Part shown: positions 1 through 10,348 of the stretch, one piece after another
Numbering within the stretch: the first letter of the stretch is position 1
How the letters are laid out: each line of letters opens with the position of its first letter
Assembly: GCA_048270185.1 (NCBI GenBank)
Contig: JBLWTJ010000001.1
Span: 1,280,001-1,344,000, forward strand
Length of the DNA stretch: 64,000 nucleotides
From: Bacteriovoracaceae bacterium
GTDB lineage: Bacteria > Bdellovibrionota > Bacteriovoracia > Bacteriovoracales > Bacteriovoracaceae
Direction of reading: 5' to 3'
Made by a program: the position numbers and the translations under genes
The notes under the pieces: generated by a model
Databases searched by the model: none
The model's input: the letters and a program-made list of their open reading frames with translations, nothing else
What the model was told of the DNA's origin: nothing

Positions 1-1411
1 TAATCTCTTCATTCATGAATTTATCCATTTCACTAATCTTAGGGGAAGTGAAAGGGTGATGTTTTGCGTAGAATCTTTCTTCATCAGTTTCAAAACATGG
101 GAAGTCATTAACCCATAGGAATGCAAAACCATCTTTAATAAGATTAAGTTCACGTCCAAGGTGGCGACGTAGAGCATCGGCACTATCGTGTACTATCTCT
201 TCCTTATCAGCAAAGAATAGCCAAGTTCCATTAGCTGCATCACCATCTAAGTCTGAAAGACTAGAAAGAGAAGCTAGAACTTCGTCAGTTATAAACTTCG
301 AGATACCACCTGAAACAGCTCCATTTTCAACTTTAAAGAAGGCAACACCTTTTCCGCCGTGAGGCTTTACCACATCAACAAATCCATCGAGGATCTTACG
401 TGAGAATGTTCCCATTGAAGCAGGTACGAACATCGTCTTAACCATGCCACCACTTTCAATTGCTGATTTGAAAACACCAAACTCAGTATCTTTGAAAATA
501 TCTGAAACAACATGTTGCTTTAGACCAAAGCGAACATCTGGTTTATCTGAACCATAATCTCTCATGGCATCGTTATAGTGCATAACAGGAATTTCAAAGC
601 TAGCATCTAATTCAAAAATATTCTTCATTAGATCTGTTGCAAGATTCTTCATATACTCTTCAGTAGCAAAAGAAACCTCGATATCGATTTGAGTAAACTC
701 AGGTTGACGGTCAGCTCGAAGATCTTCGTCACGGAAGCACTTACAAATTTGGAAGTACTTATCAGTTCCACCAATCATAAGAAGCTGCTTCAGAGTTTGC
801 GGTGACTGTGGAAGAGCGTAAACATGACCAGGGTGAACACGAGATGGAACAACGTAGTCACGAGCTCCTTCTGGTGTCGACTTATAGAGAATTGGCGTCT
901 CAACTTCGATGAAGTCATGAGCGCTCATTGTATTTCTTACGTCTAAAGTAATTTTAGAACGAAGCTTTAGAATATCTTGTAGCTTTTTAGTTCTTAGATC
1001 GAGGTAGCGATACTTAAGTTTATTATCTTCAGTTGCCTCAGTTGCCCCATATGGAAGAAATGGAATATTATTAATATCACACTCAGATAGTACTTCTAGC
1101 TCCTCGACAGAAACTTCAACTTCACCTGTTGGCATATTCTTATTAAGGGCCTCAGCTGGACGAGCAGCAACTTCACCTTTGATCATAATAACTGATTCAA
1201 GATGACATTTTTTAAGAAGATCAAGGTCACCTTTGAAATTTGTGAAGTTAAGTTGCGTAACACCAAACTTGTCTCTTAAATCGATGAAAGTTAGACCACC
1301 AAGATCTCGGTTCTTATTTACCCAACCGCATAGTGTTACTTTACTCCCGATGTGACTCGCTCTTAATTCTCCAAGATTGTGACTTCTCATCAATCCTTTA
1401 ATTTGTGACAT
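1..1411 (-). CDS. aspS: Aspartate--tRNA ligase (3' end outside window)
   Basis: Manual translation from ATG 1411 (GAGGA RBS): MSQIKGLMRSHNLGELRAS...VTLCGWVNKNRDLGGLTFIDLRD, also TPEGARDYVVPSR, YALPQSPQ, CFRDEDLRADRQPEFTQID. Confidence 0.97.
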   Translation of the reverse strand, partial: MSQIKGLMRSHNLGELRASHIGSKVTLCGWVNKNRDLGGLTFIDLRDKFGVTQLNFTNFKGDLDLLKKCHLESVIMIKGEVAARPAEALNKNMPTGEVEVSVEELEVLSECDINNIPFLPYGATEATEDNKLKYRYLDLRTKKLQDILKLRSKITLDVRNTMSAHDFIEVETPILYKSTPEGARDYVVPSRVHPGHVYALPQSPQTLKQLLMIGGTDKYFQICKCFRDEDLRADRQPEFTQIDIEVSFATEEYMKNLATDLMKNIFELDASFEIPVMHYNDAMRDYGSDKPDVRFGLKQHVVSDIFKDTEFGVFKSAIESGGMVKTMFVPASMGTFSRKILDGFVDVVKPHGGKGVAFFKVENGAVSGGISKFITDEVLASLSSLSDLDGDAANGTWLFFADKEEIVHDSADALRRHLGRELNLIKDGFAFLWVNDFPCFETDEERFYAKHHPFTSPKISEMDKFMNEEI

Positions 1412-1441
1412 GTTAATCCTCTTGATATATTGTTTTTAAGT

Positions 1442-1966
1442 ATGAAATTTATAACAAATAATGCACATATTCTCAGTACATTTTTTGCATTTCTAGCGAT
1501 AACGCTAAGCACATCATCTTATGGTCAATTTATAAATAAGAAATGGCCAAGTAAAATCATGCTAGTCCCGTCAAATCAAGAAATCGAGATCTCTTGGGCG
1601 GTTTCAGATCGTGAGAAAGAGAAGGGATTAAGCTTGCTAAAGCCTGAGCGTATGCCAAAGACTTCGGGGCTAATTTTTGTTTATCAAAAGACAAAGCCTC
1701 TAAGATTTTGGATGCCTGAGACACTCTTTGACCTGGATATTATTTTTCTCGATAAAGACTTTAAAGTCATTGCTATTGAAACGCTTCCACACTATCCAAA
1801 AAGAGATGATTTAAGAAAAATTCCAATGACCAAGACCTATACTGGTCAATTTGTTTTAGAATTACATGCTGGAATGGCCAAGAAATTTAAAATTGTGAAG
1901 GGTTCCCAACTTAAATGGAAGAAACCCCTCTCGCAGTCGTTTCTGAATTCTCTGGGAATAAAATAA
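1442..1966 (+). CDS. DUF192 family exported protein
   Basis: Signal-peptide-like N-terminus; REKEKGLS, GLIFVY, FWMPETLFDLDIIFLD and FVLELHAG motifs. Confidence 0.85.
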   Translation: MKFITNNAHILSTFFAFLAITLSTSSYGQFINKKWPSKIMLVPSNQEIEISWAVSDREKEKGLSLLKPERMPKTSGLIFVYQKTKPLRFWMPETLFDLDIIFLDKDFKVIAIETLPHYPKRDDLRKIPMTKTYTGQFVLELHAGMAKKFKIVKGSQLKWKKPLSQSFLNSLGIK

Positions 1967-2777
1967 GATACTCATCACGAGCAATATATCCCAGGTGATC
2001 GCGTACAAGCTTCTTCTTATAGCGATTATTGTGACGAATTAATTCTAGCTCTTTCATTAAAGATGCATTTTCTTCTGTTAGAAGCTTCACTTCATGATAG
2101 GCCTGATCCAGAGTACTCTTTTTATCAAAGTATTCAATCACTCCACCTTGCGAGAAAATTAATCTTCCAAGAAGGAAAAGACAAAATCCCCAACAAAGCT
2201 TAACTCCCCAACTTGTCACTTCCCCAGTCTTTTTCGACTTTGCACGTACCTTTCTCTTTGCCGTTACACTTGGCTTTGATTTCGCTAGAGCTTTTACTGG
2301 AGATTGTTCTGCATAATTTACATCAGGAGAAGAAGATCTTCTTCTTGCAGGAGAAGACATTTCAATTTTCTCTGCTTCTGTTACTAATTTTCTTGTTGGT
2401 GCTGAAGCTTGTGTAGGTGTCGGTCTTGAAGCAGCGGACGCAGACATTCCACTTGGCCTTGCACTTGAAGTACTTGCAGCACCTCTTGCTTCTCTTTGAG
2501 CGCGAAGCTTTGCAAGAACTGAAGAACCCGAATTTTCACTTGGTGCTTTCATTCCAGTATCTTGTGGCACTCCTCTATTAATTCCAGGTCTTGGACCTGC
2601 ACCAGGCATTGGCGGAGGTGTTGATTGCGAAGTGGCCTGTCGTTTTGCCATCTTTTGACGATTACGTTCGATAGCTCTCTGCATCGCATCACTTTTAGCG
2701 GCACTTTGAGTTGAATTATTACTTGCTGATGTCGACCCTGAAGAAGGTCCACGATTTCTTCCTAGTGAAAACTGCAA
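1911..2777 (-). CDS. ftsB: FtsB/DivIC-like septum formation initiator with long disordered N-terminus
   Basis: C-terminal TM + GGVIEY + coiled coil + LVRDHLGYIARDEY; about 190 aa S/A/P/R-rich N-terminal region. Confidence 0.72.
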   Translation of the reverse strand: MQFSLGRNRGPSSGSTSASNNSTQSAAKSDAMQRAIERNRQKMAKRQATSQSTPPPMPGAGPRPGINRGVPQDTGMKAPSENSGSSVLAKLRAQREARGAASTSSARPSGMSASAASRPTPTQASAPTRKLVTEAEKIEMSSPARRRSSSPDVNYAEQSPVKALAKSKPSVTAKRKVRAKSKKTGEVTSWGVKLCWGFCLFLLGRLIFSQGGVIEYFDKKSTLDQAYHEVKLLTEENASLMKELELIRHNNRYKKKLVRDHLGYIARDEYLILFPENSETTARGVSSI

Positions 2778-2916
2778 ACTTACATCCTGTTTTTTGCTAA
2801 GCGTTCCTCATGAACACTTTTTTTCCCAATATCAATATTTTAATGCGTTTCAAAATTTCACACAAGTGATTTTCTCAAGGAAAACTTCTCTTGACGCCTG
2901 TTGTTATTAGCTTTTT

Positions 2917-3756
2917 TTAAGAAAGTAATACTTGAGTTTTTGAATCATCAAATGAAGTATTGAGTGATTCAATTTGCAGCCAAAACTTTCTAATGGCCGC
3001 AAGCTCATTTAAGTAGAGTTTTAAAGTATCATCAAGGCCTCTAAGAATTTGAGCTTCACTTGCAAGCTCACCTTCTTCAAAGATTAATGATAATTCTTCA
3101 AAAATTGTGTGAAATTTATCTTTTGGTTTTATGATGAAATGTTTTTCAGAAATACTAAATTCATGAAGTTGCATTCTTTCTTCAAGGGCCTTCTCTAAAC
3201 GAGTAAAGAGAATACTTGCAATACACACATCACCGATTGGACCAAGTTTTAAACGTTGTCCACTCCCTTCTAGCTTATGACTTTTAAAATTAATTCGAAT
3301 AGCTTCATCACTTCTTTGATACCACCAGCTAAAGCCAGGATCAGAAATATTACAAATGAGATCTTCTTCTAATGGAAAGCGTTTATTAAAAATTTGGTCA
3401 TAAATAACTTGAGCAATATCATGACTTTCTAATTCATAAAATAGTGTCGTTTCAACTTCGTCGGCCTCAATACGCAAGGCCTTAAGCATCTGCTTGTCAC
3501 CAGCATGGGCCAACTCAAAAGTGTCGCTGATATTTTCAGAAATGACGCCTCTGATACTAAATGTTGAGCTATTCTTTACGATATTAAAAACTAGACCTGG
3601 AGTTTGTGGGTATTCGACAGCACACTTATCGATTGATTCTGAAGACAAAGAATTACCAAAAAGAAATTCATTCTTAAAGTCGTCGTCTGCTAAATAAGTC
3701 TCTTGCGTGTTTAAATTAAAAGTCTCTTGTGTAAGAAAATCAAACTCGTTGTGCAC
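2917..3756 (-). CDS. Hypothetical acidic protein
   Basis: 279-aa ORF, GTG start preceded by GGAGGGG. Confidence 0.75.
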   Translation of the reverse strand: MHNEFDFLTQETFNLNTQETYLADDDFKNEFLFGNSLSSESIDKCAVEYPQTPGLVFNIVKNSSTFSIRGVISENISDTFELAHAGDKQMLKALRIEADEVETTLFYELESHDIAQVIYDQIFNKRFPLEEDLICNISDPGFSWWYQRSDEAIRINFKSHKLEGSGQRLKLGPIGDVCIASILFTRLEKALEERMQLHEFSISEKHFIIKPKDKFHTIFEELSLIFEEGELASEAQILRGLDDTLKLYLNELAAIRKFWLQIESLNTSFDDSKTQVLLS

Positions 3757-3838
3757 TCACCCCTCCATAGGTAATACATATATATTAAGTTTAATAACTT
3801 TTGATACGCATTGGCAAGAATTTGAAATTACTAAGTTT

Positions 3839-4063
3839 TTAAAAGATAGCGACAAAAATCTTTAGAACAAGAATAACGATCATTGGTGAGATATCAAATG
3901 GTATATCCATCTCAGGCATCATGCGACGAATAGGTCCACAAGTGTAATCTGAAAGTTGCTTAATTCTAATAGCAACAGGATGATGTTTATACTGTGGGAT
4001 ATAAGAAATAATGACATCGATGATGAGAATAAAAATATAAATATCTATTAGCGTGCGAATCAA
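3839..4063 (-). CDS. yggT: YggT family membrane protein
   Basis: IYIFILIIDVIISY...GPIRRMMP...DISPMI pattern. Confidence 0.85.
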   Translation of the reverse strand: MIRTLIDIYIFILIIDVIISYIPQYKHHPVAIRIKQLSDYTCGPIRRMMPEMDIPFDISPMIVILVLKIFVAIF

Positions 4064-4144
4064 AATTGAACCCCTTTAATTGCTCAATAGAATATAGAAA
4101 ATCCGTAAAAAGTTCAAGGAAGTAGCACCAATTATATTCTGACA

Positions 4145-4438
4145 CTATTTAACAATAGGACCGGCCTTAGCTGCATGAAGCTTTGTACAGGCTATTTCGT
4201 ACTTATTCTGACAAGAAAGCTCAAGATATTTGCGAGATTTGGCACTCTCTCCGTCCTCTTCATAGATGCCAGATAAGACAAAGCACGCTGGCGCATTCTT
4301 TTCCTGCTCACAGGTGTAGAGATAAAAGTCTCTCTTAAAAAAGAGATAAATGATTGTAAGGCCCGCAACAACACCACCAATAAAGAGCCAATTCTTTTTA
4401 TAATCTCTCTTATATGGCTTCGCTTCGCTTTCAATCAT
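4145..4438 (-). CDS. Small membrane protein with Sel1-like Cys-helix repeat
   Basis: TM helix, then C..NAPACFVLSGIY...YLELSCQNKYEIAC; start overlaps polB stop. Confidence 0.65.
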   Translation of the reverse strand: MIESEAKPYKRDYKKNWLFIGGVVAGLTIIYLFFKRDFYLYTCEQEKNAPACFVLSGIYEEDGESAKSRKYLELSCQNKYEIACTKLHAAKAGPIVK

Positions 4439-6771
4439 TCGAATAAACTCATCTGTGCACCCATGACAATATCGTCAAAGGAGATATTAATAAATTTTAA
4501 CACATCTGTTGCAACAGGAGATAGTTGTTTATCAATATAATGTTGATAATCAATATCACGAGGAGCTAACTCCACAGGTACGGGTCCATGCAGAGTCATT
4601 AAATAATCCACTTTTCTGATATTCTTATCAGGCTCCTTTTCTTGTAAAAGCTTTGCGGCCTTTACATGAGGAGGTGTTGATTTTGTGTATTCACTTATAT
4701 CTTTTGAAAGCCTCTTTGAATAAATAAGGCCATCATCAAAGAGTCCATTCTTTAGATCAGCAACATATTCTTTTATGTATTGATCAAGTGGTTCCCCGCT
4801 AAAGAATCGCTTATAAATTTGAAATTGAAAATTCTTTGCGGCCTTTGTCCAATCAGAGCGAACAAACTCCATACCAGAAAAGTATAATTCACCATCGGCA
4901 CTATCATTTATGACACCCGCGTACCTCTTCTTCGCACCCATCTCAGAGCTTCTCGACTCAGGGATGAATAGCTTTGAAAAACACTTTTCATATTCCATTT
5001 CTAAGAAAGATTCTAAATCGAATTCTCTTTTAATCTTTTCACTTAAGTGATTTGTGATTTTTCGGGCAAGCTCATTTGCTGCCTTATCTTTATTTGCAGT
5101 ATCTAAGAATTTAAGTTTAATAAAGACAGAATCAGTATCTCCGTAAACTACCTCGTATCCATTGTTTCGAGCATAGTTCATGGACTCATTTAAAAGCCAT
5201 TGCCCTGTTGAAGTTATTGAAGTCGCAAGATCGGCATGATAGAAGCGACATCCTCCAGACCCCATCACGCCATAGAATGAATTCATGAGAATTTTTACGG
5301 CCTGTGATAAGTTCTTATCTTGGCGATGTTTTGCAATCTCTCTTTGCCCTAATAGAAAATCAATTTGTTCCGGAAGAATATGTTCAGTCTTCGAAAATGA
5401 AACACCATTCTTAAGCATAGTAGGATTCACATCACCTTTTAAACGAGATAATGGATCAATTTTAAAAGTTTTAATAATTGTTGGATAGAGAGACTTGAAG
5501 TCTAACACTACAACATTCTCATGAATCCCTTTCGTTCCTTCGATAACAAGTCCACCAAGTGATGAGCTTTCTTTATCAATATCAAGCGTATTTCCTGCCA
5601 CAAAACCTTTGCGGTGAAGTCTTGGAAGGTAGAGGTGATCAAATGAACGAGTCGAACTCGACAAACGATCCATAAGCATTCCACTTAATTGCACACGACG
5701 ATATAAGTGATCGACAATTTCAAGTTTCTTATAAATATCTAAAACAAGAGTACAGTCGAGAATATTATACTTAGCTAGGCCATGTTTATCTTCTAGAAAT
5801 CTTCTTGTGATCTCTTCGACTTTATCCATACCTGTTGCTGTAATATCTTTATTTGCGCCTAGAACTTCAGTGGCAACAGTATCAAGCTTAAAATTTTCAA
5901 ACTGATAAAATGCTGATCTGAGGGTTGGTGGTCCATCAATAATTTGACGGCCGACAATACTTCCAAACCAACCAGCTCCCTTGCGCTCACGTATACGAAC
6001 TTGAGAACCATCTCTTCCAAGTGTTAACTTAAGGCCTAGTCTTAAGCATTTATTTTCTAAGAACTTAAAATCAAAACCAATAATATGCCAACCAACAATA
6101 AAGTCTGGATCAAATTCATGAAATTCATTAATGAAGGTTGAAAGTAGTGCTTTCTCAGATGGAAAGAAAGTTGTGAGTTCATCATTTTGGTATTCACCAC
6201 TTGAATCAACCATATAGACTTTCTTATACTCACGCTCTCCCACTTGATGAATGGCAATTGAATAAAGATCATCTCCCATACTCGTTTCAATATCGAGAGA
6301 CATCACATTAAAATTTGGTAATTGATCCTGTCTTGGACGTGCTTTAATTTGTGGATTGTGAAAAACACGAGTCTTACCAATCGTTTGAAAGGCTCCTTGA
6401 ACTTCCACTTCACCATTGATGAATCTCTCCATTAAGAAGCGCTCATTCGGTCTCACATCACTTTCATAAGTACGAATTCCATTCTTATGAAAATGTTCCT
6501 TCGTATCCATTAAATCCTTATAGCGATTAAAGTAAACACCATCCATACGACGGCCATTAAAAGCACTTAGATCAAGCTTCTTTCTTTCACCTTGAAAGCT
6601 CATTTTTATTTCACAATCACTTTCAATAAAGAACAATGGCCTTTCATTAGAGAAGATAACTTTGATCACATCATCGGCCGTCTTCACCCAGAAAACGAGA
6701 TCCATATGATTGCTCTGATCAAGCACTTGATCGTGAATAATAAAGCCAGCTGTGGACGTGATATTGGTCAT
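4435..6771 (-). CDS. polB: DNA polymerase II (family B)
   Basis: Exo motif LDIET; polymerase motifs DFKSLYPTII, KILMNSFYG, YGDTDS, KKRYAG; YIDKQL. Confidence 0.96.
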   Translation of the reverse strand: MTNITSTAGFIIHDQVLDQSNHMDLVFWVKTADDVIKVIFSNERPLFFIESDCEIKMSFQGERKKLDLSAFNGRRMDGVYFNRYKDLMDTKEHFHKNGIRTYESDVRPNERFLMERFINGEVEVQGAFQTIGKTRVFHNPQIKARPRQDQLPNFNVMSLDIETSMGDDLYSIAIHQVGEREYKKVYMVDSSGEYQNDELTTFFPSEKALLSTFINEFHEFDPDFIVGWHIIGFDFKFLENKCLRLGLKLTLGRDGSQVRIRERKGAGWFGSIVGRQIIDGPPTLRSAFYQFENFKLDTVATEVLGANKDITATGMDKVEEITRRFLEDKHGLAKYNILDCTLVLDIYKKLEIVDHLYRRVQLSGMLMDRLSSSTRSFDHLYLPRLHRKGFVAGNTLDIDKESSSLGGLVIEGTKGIHENVVVLDFKSLYPTIIKTFKIDPLSRLKGDVNPTMLKNGVSFSKTEHILPEQIDFLLGQREIAKHRQDKNLSQAVKILMNSFYGVMGSGGCRFYHADLATSITSTGQWLLNESMNYARNNGYEVVYGDTDSVFIKLKFLDTANKDKAANELARKITNHLSEKIKREFDLESFLEMEYEKCFSKLFIPESRSSEMGAKKRYAGVINDSADGELYFSGMEFVRSDWTKAAKNFQFQIYKRFFSGEPLDQYIKEYVADLKNGLFDDGLIYSKRLSKDISEYTKSTPPHVKAAKLLQEKEPDKNIRKVDYLMTLHGPVPVELAPRDIDYQHYIDKQLSPVATDVLKFINISFDDIVMGAQMSLFE

Positions 6772-6859
6772 GGACTAACACTAGCCTATTAAATATGATT
6801 TGTCTTTTTTTATACTTTTCTTAAGTCAAGGCATTGGTTTTGCCCCCGATAGGCAGGGC

Positions 6860-7348
6860 ATGACAATAACAATCGTATACACACTGTTTAATTTAGTATT
6901 CCTGGTCGACTTCTTTTCTGAAAAAGATGATAAAGGCAAAACTTATCGCTTACTTAGCTATATGAGTTTTGGCATCTTATCTCTACTTTCAATTCAAGTC
7001 TTCCAAAACCCTGCGATGAAGGTCGTATTTGTGGTATTGGCCATTGTTTCCCTTGCCTTTGCCCTTATTAACGAGTTCTTAAATGCGCCCAAAAATTCCA
7101 AAGAGCGCGTTTATAACGGACTAGTTAATATGCTACTTCCTGTCGCCATCTATTTTATCGCCCTTCGTTGGTTTCCTGCGGGATCTGACTTTTCAGGGCT
7201 AGAAGGAGGTCAAGATATTAATCGTAATATCTTCATTATTCAGACCCTATTGGTCTTAGGAGTTGCATTTAAATTTGCCCCAAAACTCGTCTTCACAAAA
7301 CGTGCAACTAAAGAAATTAATGAAGATATAAAAACCCTAAAATTATAG
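6860..7348 (+). CDS. Hypothetical multi-pass membrane protein
   Basis: About 5 hydrophobic segments; ATG 6860 preferred over TTG 6800. Confidence 0.7.
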   Translation: MTITIVYTLFNLVFLVDFFSEKDDKGKTYRLLSYMSFGILSLLSIQVFQNPAMKVVFVVLAIVSLAFALINEFLNAPKNSKERVYNGLVNMLLPVAIYFIALRWFPAGSDFSGLEGGQDINRNIFIIQTLLVLGVAFKFAPKLVFTKRATKEINEDIKTLKL

Positions 7349-7363
7349 CCTCTCCCCAAGGCT

Positions 7364-7391
7364 TCAAAGTGGCCATCATTACTTCCGATAT
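7364..7391 (+). promoter_or_regulatory. Sigma28 (FliA)-like promoter upstream of queD
   Basis: TCAA-N16-TCCGATAT. Confidence 0.45.
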
Positions 7392-7423
7392 GCTATTGTA
7401 ATGGCACTTAAATGGAGATAATT

Positions 7424-7861
7424 ATGGCCACTTTTAAATCAACAAAGCATTTCTACGGATTCCCATGTACACACCGTCAATGGAAAGCAGACTCTCACTG
7501 TAAATATGTTCACGGATACTCTCGTTCATTCCATTTTGAGTTTGAATGCTCAGAGCTAACTAAAGAAATGTGGGTTATGGACTTTGGTGATCTAAAAGAT
7601 GTAAAAGCTTGGCTTGATGATATGTTTGACCACACTTTCCTGGCCTCACAAGATGATCCTTTTATGGAAGAATTCAAGAAACTTGACGAAGCTGGAGTTG
7701 TCCAACTACGAGTCCTTCCAAATGCGGGAATGGAAGGTACGGCAGAATTTGTTTACGAAAAGATGTCAGAGCTTATCAAGAAGAAGACTGAAGGAAGAGT
7801 TTGGATCTCAAGACTCGAAGTCAAAGAGAACGAGAAAAACTCAGCAGTTTACATTCCATAA
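7424..7861 (+). CDS. queD: 6-carboxytetrahydropterin synthase / PTPS family
   Basis: HRQWKADSHCKYVHGYSR, WVMDFGDLK, FDHTFL, EVKENEKNSA; GGAG RBS. Confidence 0.88.
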   Translation: MATFKSTKHFYGFPCTHRQWKADSHCKYVHGYSRSFHFEFECSELTKEMWVMDFGDLKDVKAWLDDMFDHTFLASQDDPFMEEFKKLDEAGVVQLRVLPNAGMEGTAEFVYEKMSELIKKKTEGRVWISRLEVKENEKNSAVYIP

Positions 7862-7873
7862 TTCTTAACTCGA

Positions 7874-7903
7874 CAGGGCGCAAATACTTAAAACTGCGCC
7901 CTG
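7874..7903 (+). terminator. Stem-loop after queD
   Basis: CAGGGCGCA-N12-TGCGCCCTG; no clear U tract. Confidence 0.5.
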
Positions 7904-8065
7904 AGCAAATAATTCCATTTACTCCAATTAAATACTGAATAAATTAAGAAAATTTAAGGTTTTTTCGAAGAGTTTGGGACCCTCAAACACTTGTATTATA
8001 CCGCTATGAGTAATATATACTTGAGTAGAAGAGTTTTCTAACGAAGCAAACAGAAAGGAAATGAC

Positions 8066-9157
8066 ATGAAAATTGCGCCACTAAATTCTTGGATTAAAGT
8101 TGATGAAAAGCCACTCGTTATTGCAGGACCTTGTTCCGCAGAAAGCGAAGAGCAAGTTTATCAAATCGCCAAGCAATTAGTGGAAAATGGCCGCGTCCAT
8201 GCTTTCCGTGCAGGGATTTGGAAACCGAGAACACGCCCAAATACATTTGAAGGTGTTGGCCTTGTGGGACTTCCTTGGATGGAGCAAGTAAAGAAAGATT
8301 TTAATATTCCTATCACAACTGAAGTTGCCAATGCTTCACACGTTGAACTTGCCCTAAAGCATAATGTCGATATTCTTTGGATCGGAGCACGTACAACAGT
8401 TTCTCCATTTGCCGTTCAAGAAATAGCCGATGCTCTAAGAGGTGTTGATATTCCAGTTATGGTAAAGAACCCAATCAACCTTGATCTTGCTCTCTGGATG
8501 GGTGCCATCGAAAGATTTTCGGCCGTAGGTCTTGATAAACTTGCAGCAATCCACAGAGGGTTCTCAAGCGCAGAAAAAACAAAGTACAGAAATAAACCAT
8601 ACTGGGCCATCCCTATTGAACTTAAGAGACTAATGCCGGATCTACCAATTATTTGTGACCCTTCACATATTGCAGGTAACCGCAATCTTATTGGTGAAGT
8701 TTGCCAGAAGGCAATGGATATGAACTTTGATGGTGTTATGGTTGAAACTCATATCACACCAGAGAAGGCACTAAGTGATGCTGCTCAACAGGTTACACCA
8801 GAGATGCTTCACAATATTATCACTCACCTATCAGTGAGAGATGCAATCGGACACAATGATGGTTTCGAAGATGAGCTAAATAAACTTAGAAATAAAATCG
8901 ACCAAGTTGATAATGATATTCTTGAAATGATGCATATGAGAATGAATATTGTTAAACAAATTGGAAAACTTAAAAACGATAATAATGTCACTCCACTTCA
9001 AGTAGGAAGAATGGATGCACTTATGAAATCTCGTATTGAAAAAGGTGAAAAATTCTCACTTGATAAGAGATTTGTTGAAGAACTTTATCATGCAATTCAC
9101 ACGGAATCTGTTAGAGAACAGACTCGTATGATGAACGATTTTAAAAAAGATTCTTAA
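8066..9157 (+). CDS. Bifunctional DAHP synthase (class I-beta) / chorismate mutase
   Basis: IAGPCSAES, GIWKPRTRP, WIGART, DPSH; C-terminal AroQ domain LRNKIDQVD. Confidence 0.93.
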   Translation: MKIAPLNSWIKVDEKPLVIAGPCSAESEEQVYQIAKQLVENGRVHAFRAGIWKPRTRPNTFEGVGLVGLPWMEQVKKDFNIPITTEVANASHVELALKHNVDILWIGARTTVSPFAVQEIADALRGVDIPVMVKNPINLDLALWMGAIERFSAVGLDKLAAIHRGFSSAEKTKYRNKPYWAIPIELKRLMPDLPIICDPSHIAGNRNLIGEVCQKAMDMNFDGVMVETHITPEKALSDAAQQVTPEMLHNIITHLSVRDAIGHNDGFEDELNKLRNKIDQVDNDILEMMHMRMNIVKQIGKLKNDNNVTPLQVGRMDALMKSRIEKGEKFSLDKRFVEELYHAIHTESVREQTRMMNDFKKDS

Positions 9158-9190
9158 AACACGTACCAAGAAAGGTGTTATAATTTTCAT

Positions 9191-10348
9191 ATGAAAGTAT
9201 CTGAACGAGTCGAAGGAATTGCTCCGTCTGGTAGTATCCAGATTGCAGCGCAAATTACTAATCTTAGAAATGAGGGCAAGGATATAATTGGCCTCAATAT
9301 TGGTGAACCTGACTTCTCCCCTAAAGAGAGTATTATTGAAGCTATTTATGAAGCTTTAAAAAAAGGAAAAACAAAGTATTCCTTTGTCCGAGGTGAACCA
9401 GAGCTAAGATCGGCCATCGCTGGCTACTTCAATCACCGCTGTGGAACTGAAATTCACGCTGAAAATATTCTCGTAGGAAATGGCTCTAAGCAAATTATCT
9501 ATAATACCTTCCAAGCAATTTTAAACCCAGGTGATGAAGTAATTATTCCCATTCCATATTGGGTAACGATTCCAGAAAGTATTAAGCTTGCTGGTGGCGA
9601 AAGTGTTTATGTTAATTCTCTGCCAGACTTTCACCTTGATCTTGCGGCCATTGAGAAGGCCATTACAAGTAAAACAAAAGCCATCTATATCAACACGCCA
9701 AATAATCCTTCCGGAGCAGTTTATAACCGTGAAGAATTAACTAAGCTAGGTGAACTTGCAGTTAAGCATAATCTTATTATCGTAAGTGATGAAGCCTATG
9801 AGTCCCTTACTTATAATTGTGAGTTTATCTCTCCACTTATGCTCGGAGAAGAAATCGCCAATCGCTCAATATCAATTCAAAGTTTTTCAAAATCCTTTTG
9901 TATGACTGGCTTTCGAGTTGGTTATATGATTGCCAAAGAAGAATTTATTAAGAAGGTTGACTCATTCCAAGGACATCTTTGCGGAAATATTCCGCCATTC
10001 ACTCAACTTGGAGCAGTTAATGCAATCGAGAATCAAGATGAGATCATTGGAGATATGTTAAGTGTTATGACAAAACGACGTGATACAGCTTATCGCCTCT
10101 TCTCAACTCTCTTTGAAGTTAGTGAGCCACAAGGTGCCTTCTATCTCTTCTTGAATATCAAACCTTTCATCGAAAAAGGTATTGTAAAGGACTCTGTTGA
10201 GATGGTGCAAAAGCTAATCGCAGAAGCAGGTGTCGCTCTTGTTCCAGGTAAGTTCTTTGGAGAAGATAATTATATACGCCTTGCTTTCACCGATAGTGTT
10301 GAAAGAATTGAGCAAGCATTTGAAAATATAAAAAAGGTTCTCGGTTAA
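9191..10348 (+). CDS. PLP-dependent aspartate/prephenate aminotransferase (class I)
   Basis: GEPDF, PNNPSG, SDEAY, SFSKSFCMTGFRVG. Confidence 0.92.
   Translation: MKVSERVEGIAPSGSIQIAAQITNLRNEGKDIIGLNIGEPDFSPKESIIEAIYEALKKGKTKYSFVRGEPELRSAIAGYFNHRCGTEIHAENILVGNGSKQIIYNTFQAILNPGDEVIIPIPYWVTIPESIKLAGGESVYVNSLPDFHLDLAAIEKAITSKTKAIYINTPNNPSGAVYNREELTKLGELAVKHNLIIVSDEAYESLTYNCEFISPLMLGEEIANRSISIQSFSKSFCMTGFRVGYMIAKEEFIKKVDSFQGHLCGNIPPFTQLGAVNAIENQDEIIGDMLSVMTKRRDTAYRLFSTLFEVSEPQGAFYLFLNIKPFIEKGIVKDSVEMVQKLIAEAGVALVPGKFFGEDNYIRLAFTDSVERIEQAFENIKKVLG

Noticed and set aside
3811..3825. TGGCAAGAATTTGAA as a sigma54 promoter
   Set aside because: Spacing is one base short, the -12 GC is missing, and it faces away from adjacent genes
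6826..6860. TCAA-N15-CCCGATAG implying a leaderless sigma28 transcript at ATG 6860
   Set aside because: Spacing differs from the other sites and the match is weak; too speculative without TSS data
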